Source of the DNA: Gemmatimonadota bacterium
GTDB taxonomy: Bacteria > Gemmatimonadota > Gemmatimonadetes > Longimicrobiales > Gaopeijiaceae
DNA length: 64,000 nucleotides
Reading direction: 5' to 3'
Assembly (NCBI GenBank): GCA_041688945.1
Contig: JBDNHE010000037.1
Coordinates: 28,952 to 92,951, forward strand
In this document: positions 60,398 to 64,000 of the stretch, piece by piece
How positions within the stretch are numbered: position 1 is the first letter of the stretch
How the letters are laid out: each line of letters begins with the position of its first letter
The notes under the pieces: model-generated
The model's database searches: none
What the model was told of the DNA's origin: nothing
What the model saw: the letters and a program-made list of their open reading frames with translations, nothing else
Position numbers and translations under genes: made by a program

Positions 60398-61503
60398 CCA
60401 AGGTCCTCCGGCGGCCGATCATCCGTCCGGTCCGCCTCGGCTTCTGCCGCGGCGACGGAGTCGAATGGCACCGCTACCGGCTTTTCGGGGGCGGCCTCGA
60501 GTTCCTCATCAGCGTGGCTGACCTGACCAAGCGACATGCCGACCTGCCGGGCGTACCACAGTCCAATCAGAGTCACCGGGATGAATCCACCCAGATGGTA
60601 GCCGTAGGCGAATGCCAGAGTCGAGGTCTGATCAACCTGATAGACAGTCTCGAGCGCGAACTGGACGGAGACATGGAACGTCCCAAAGAAGCCCGGGGCC
60701 GCAGGCACTGCCACACCAAACCCGACCACAGCCTCCGTAAAGAACGCCGCCACGAGACCCACATCAATGCCAAAGGCCAGCATCCCCAGGTAGAACGACA
60801 GGCCATGCCAGAGCCAGAAGCCGACGGTCCAGAGGAGCGCGAGACTCAACAGTCGAGGCGACTTCACGACCTCCAGGGAACCCAGGAAGGCATGCAGCGC
60901 ATCGACAAGGACGGTGCCGAATCGCTCAGGGAGGTAGCCGGCCAGCTTTTCCATTACCCGGACCACGGGCTGAGGGAAAACGAGCAGCGCGAACAGGAAG
61001 ACAGCCACGCCTCCCAGAAGCGTCACCACTGTCTGAAGAATCGCCATGAACCCGGCCCCCATCTCGACCTCGGGGAAGCCCGGGAGCAGGACGGTCACCA
61101 CGAGCATGGCGGCCAACACCAGCCCATCCAGCACCCGCTCCACGACAAGCGATCCGAAGGCGGCGCTCGCGGTCACGGTCGGCTGAAGTCGGGCGAAGGC
61201 AATGGCCCGTGCGAACTCGCCCATGCGGGCGGGCAGCAGGTTGTTGGCCATGAAGCCGATATTCACGGCAGCGAATCGGGCACGCAGCCCGGTGTTGGGA
61301 TCAACCGGGGTAAGCAGAACCTTCCAGCGGAGCGCCCGGATGAAGAAGCCGAAGGTGGCCACAAAGACCGCAGCCCCGAGCAGGACGAAGTCGGCGCCCC
61401 GGATGAGCAGCCAGATGTCGACCAGCGAATCATCCTTGAGCGTGTACCAGATCAGGCCAGCGGAGATCAGAAACCCGAGGGCACCCTTCCATCCCAACTT
61501 CAT
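60394..61503 (-). CDS. Lysylphosphatidylglycerol synthase TM-region / flippase-like protein (UPF0104)
   Basis: [29 protein letters not shown]. Confidence 0.9.
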   Translation of the reverse strand: MKLGWKGALGFLISAGLIWYTLKDDSLVDIWLLIRGADFVLLGAAVFVATFGFFIRALRWKVLLTPVDPNTGLRARFAAVNIGFMANNLLPARMGEFARAIAFARLQPTVTASAAFGSLVVERVLDGLVLAAMLVVTVLLPGFPEVEMGAGFMAILQTVVTLLGGVAVFLFALLVFPQPVVRVMEKLAGYLPERFGTVLVDALHAFLGSLEVVKSPRLLSLALLWTVGFWLWHGLSFYLGMLAFGIDVGLVAAFFTEAVVGFGVAVPAAPGFFGTFHVSVQFALETVYQVDQTSTLAFAYGYHLGGFIPVTLIGLWYARQVGMSLGQVSHADEELEAAPEKPVAVPFDSVAAAEAEADRTDDRPPEDLG

Positions 61504-62231
61504 GAGCGGGCCTGCCGGAGAAGGGCGCGCATATCACGGACCGCAGAATCCATCCCCATCAGGATCGCTCGGGCCATCATGGAGTGTCCGATGTTGAGTT
61601 CCTCGATTTCGGGGATGGCCGCAACCGGCATCACGTTCTGATAGGTCAGGCCATGCCCGGCGTGCACATCGAGCCCAAGCCCGCGGCCCAGCACCGCAGC
61701 TGCCCTCAGTCGGTCGACCTGGAGCTGCGCCTCAGCGGCGGTTCGGGCGTTGGCGTACTCCCCGGTATGCAACTCGATCGCCTCCACACCGAGTTCCGCC
61801 GAATGCCTGACGGTAGCCTCGTCCGGATCGATGAAAAGCGAAGTCCGGATCCCCACACTCCGAAGGCGATCGGCCGCCGCACCCACCCTCTTTCGGGCGG
61901 CATCGCTGCCCAGGTCGAGACCACCTTCCGTGGTCACCTCTTCGCGCTTCTCCGGCACGAAAGTCGCCTGATAGGGCGCGACCTCGATCGCCAACTCGAC
62001 GATCTCGTCGACCGTTGCGAGCTCCAGATTCATGGGCGTCCGGATCGTCTGGGCCAGAACCCGGACGTCCCGATCCTGAATGTGGCGACGATCCGCGCGC
62101 AGATGGACGGTGATGCCATCGGCACCAGCAAGTTCGACCAGCACCGCGGCCCTGACAGGGTCCGGCTCGTCGGTCTTTCGGGCCTCACGCAGGGTCGCCA
62201 CGTGATCGATGTTGACGAAGAGTCTGAGCAT
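61500..62231 (-). CDS. pdxJ: Pyridoxine 5'-phosphate synthase
   Basis: [44 protein letters not shown]. Confidence 0.98.
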   Translation of the reverse strand: MLRLFVNIDHVATLREARKTDEPDPVRAAVLVELAGADGITVHLRADRRHIQDRDVRVLAQTIRTPMNLELATVDEIVELAIEVAPYQATFVPEKREEVTTEGGLDLGSDAARKRVGAAADRLRSVGIRTSLFIDPDEATVRHSAELGVEAIELHTGEYANARTAAEAQLQVDRLRAAAVLGRGLGLDVHAGHGLTYQNVMPVAAIPEIEELNIGHSMMARAILMGMDSAVRDMRALLRQARS

Positions 62232-62242
62232 CCGGGTCTCCT

Positions 62243-63049
62243 TCACCGGTGATCGGGTCCGGAAGTGGCTGGCTGCTCCAGCCCTTCGAGAATCTGACGG
62301 TAGAGTTCGCGGGCCCGAGGCGGAAGCGCCCGCAGGTGCAGATCAATCTCCTCAGGGTCGTGTAGTGGACCCGCCCGGTGCGATCCGGAAGAGCGCATGA
62401 GAGACTTCGCTCCAGCCTCGGCACCGTCGGCGGGAAGCCCGGCATCCATAAGAAGGTCCGTTCCGACCGAGTGGATAGCCGCGGCTGCTTCCAGAATCAA
62501 AGCGCGGGCGCCGGCCGCCAGCGGTCGACGGTTGACGGGAATCTCAAGGACGCGTCCACCGAGCGCCTGAACCAGTCGGCGGCCTGCCGCAGCCGCAGCT
62601 ACCTCCCCGGAGACAACCACAGGCGCTCGCTCAAGCATATCGCCGTCCTCGGCAGCCCCGGTCAGCCCGACCATCGGATGCCAGGTCCCCACGGCATATC
62701 CGGCCCCATGGAGCGGTGCCATGGCGTCGCCAGAAATGCTGATTGAGGCATGGAGCGCGGGTATGTGTGACTCCGCGGGGCCAAGTGCCGCCAAGGCCCA
62801 GGCCATCTCCCCAAGCGATTCGTCCGGCACGGCCAGAAAGAGCACGGTCGTACTCGGGTCGGGGCGTGCCAGCCCGAAATGATATTCCGCCAGACCTCGA
62901 CCGAAGAGTGGGTGGGACGGCGGCTCCGGATTGCGCCCGTAGTAGGTCAGGCTCCTTACCGCCTCCGTCTGAACCAGCGCCACTCCGAGTGCCAGTCCCA
63001 GCCGACCCGGCCCCACGATCACCATGCGTTCCATCAGACGGCGCTCCAC
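62243..63049 (-). CDS. Rossmann-like/DUF2520 oxidoreductase
   Basis: [17 protein letters not shown]; C-terminal DUF2520 region looks shortened. Confidence 0.8.
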   Translation of the reverse strand: MERRLMERMVIVGPGRLGLALGVALVQTEAVRSLTYYGRNPEPPSHPLFGRGLAEYHFGLARPDPSTTVLFLAVPDESLGEMAWALAALGPAESHIPALHASISISGDAMAPLHGAGYAVGTWHPMVGLTGAAEDGDMLERAPVVVSGEVAAAAAGRRLVQALGGRVLEIPVNRRPLAAGARALILEAAAAIHSVGTDLLMDAGLPADGAEAGAKSLMRSSGSHRAGPLHDPEEIDLHLRALPPRARELYRQILEGLEQPATSGPDHR

Positions 63050-63059
63050 GGTGTGCAGC

Positions 63060-64000
63060 TCATCCTCTAGTCACCACTTCAATGTCGCTTCGCTGCTCAA
63101 GGCGGCCCAGAAGGGCCACAGGCAGGCGGGCTGTTACTTCCAGCTCCGAGCCATCGGTGGTCTGATCGATCAGTTCCCCGCCCCGATGAATCTCCGCGAG
63201 AACATCTCCGGCCGAGGCGGGCAGCCGCATTACCACCTTTTCGAGTCGGGCCCGAAGGCGGGCGACCAGGGCCTCACGGAGGCGATCCAGCGTAGCAGGC
63301 TCGTGAGCAGAAACGAAAACAGCCGGTGTGGAATCGATGGCCAGGATGCGATCCCGCAACGCCAACTCCTCGGCATGGGTGAGCCGATCAATCTTGTTGT
63401 AGACCATGACGACCGGCCGGGTTTCCAGATCGAGATCAGCCAGCACCTCCTTTACGACCGCCGCCTGCTCTTCCCGATCCGGATGCGAGGCGTCGATCAC
63501 ATGCAGGAGCACGTCAGCCTCGCGCGCTTCTTCGAGCGTGGATCGAAAACTGGCAACCAGGTGGTGAGGCAGCTTGCGAATGAACCCGACAGTATCGGTA
63601 ACAAGAGCGATGTGGGTATGACCCAGATCGACTTCTCGGGTCGTAGAATCCAGCGTCGCAAAAAGCCGGTCTTCAATGAAGACGTCGGAACCAGAGAGTG
63701 CCTTGAGAAGGGAGGACTTTCCGGCGTTGGTGTAGCCGACAAGCGCCGCTCTGAACTGCCCTTCCCTGGACTTCCGCTGGGTCTCGCGCGCTTGAGCGAC
63801 CAGCTTCAGCTTCCGTCGCAGATCGGCAATGCGCTTGCCGATCAGACGGCGGTCGGTCTCAAGCTGAGTTTCGCCCGGGCCACGCAGCCCGATTCCGCCC
63901 CGGATTCGCGACAGGTGACTCCACATCCGCTTCAGTCGGGGAAGCAGATACTGAAGCTGAGCAAGCTCGACCTGCATCTTGGCCTCACTCGAACGCGCGC
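63060..64000 (-). CDS. hflX: GTPase HflX, 5' end outside the window
   Basis: QVELAQLQY, GPGETQLETDRR, GYTNAGKSS, LFATLD, DTVGFI, NKID. Confidence 0.97.
   Translation of the reverse strand, partial: ARSSEAKMQVELAQLQYLLPRLKRMWSHLSRIRGGIGLRGPGETQLETDRRLIGKRIADLRRKLKLVAQARETQRKSREGQFRAALVGYTNAGKSSLLKALSGSDVFIEDRLFATLDSTTREVDLGHTHIALVTDTVGFIRKLPHHLVASFRSTLEEAREADVLLHVIDASHPDREEQAAVVKEVLADLDLETRPVVMVYNKIDRLTHAEELALRDRILAIDSTPAVFVSAHEPATLDRLREALVARLRARLEKVVMRLPASAGDVLAEIHRGGELIDQTTDGSELEVTARLPVALLGRLEQRSDIEVVTRG

Overview
GC-rich bacterial chromosome segment made mostly of housekeeping genes, nearly all on the minus strand. Gene content suggests Gemmatimonadota, probably Longimicrobiales-like (inference from DUF4097 arrays, a barrel-less CarboxypepD/plug protein, SPOR-smc coupling and protein style). 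It holds a dcw cluster (mraZ-rsmH-ftsL-ftsI-murE-murF-mraY-murD-ftsW-murG-murC-ftsQ-ftsA-ftsZ, without murB or ddl), followed by an M23 peptidase and a VWA protein. The middle has an accessory block (TPR protein, thioesterase, thiO, two orphan histidine kinases, a broken ECF-sigma/DUF4097 operon, GDPD, mobAB-fdhD, yraN, aroF), then smc, a SPOR protein, rsfS, rplI and DUF2232. The right part carries ychF, nfeD-flotillin, an M20 peptidase, hppA, pth-rplY-prs, tRNA-Gln, ispE, pdxJ and a partial hflX. The standout is a single 210-aa ORF that fuses ribosomal proteins bS6 and bS18 through an acidic linker, with a probable S6:S18 autoregulatory leader still upstream. Other notable signals: a deletion junction joining a half sigma factor to a DUF4097 tail, a dispersed miniature inverted-repeat element with IS481-like ends, a TAGCYT-N5-GCTM motif at four promoters, two oppositely oriented MraZ-box arrays, FtsZ T7-loop substitutions (possibly sequencing errors) and a beta-lactamase-fold protein lacking SxxK. 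No CRISPR array, rRNA, prophage or transposase was seen. All calls come from reading motifs by eye; no database search was run.
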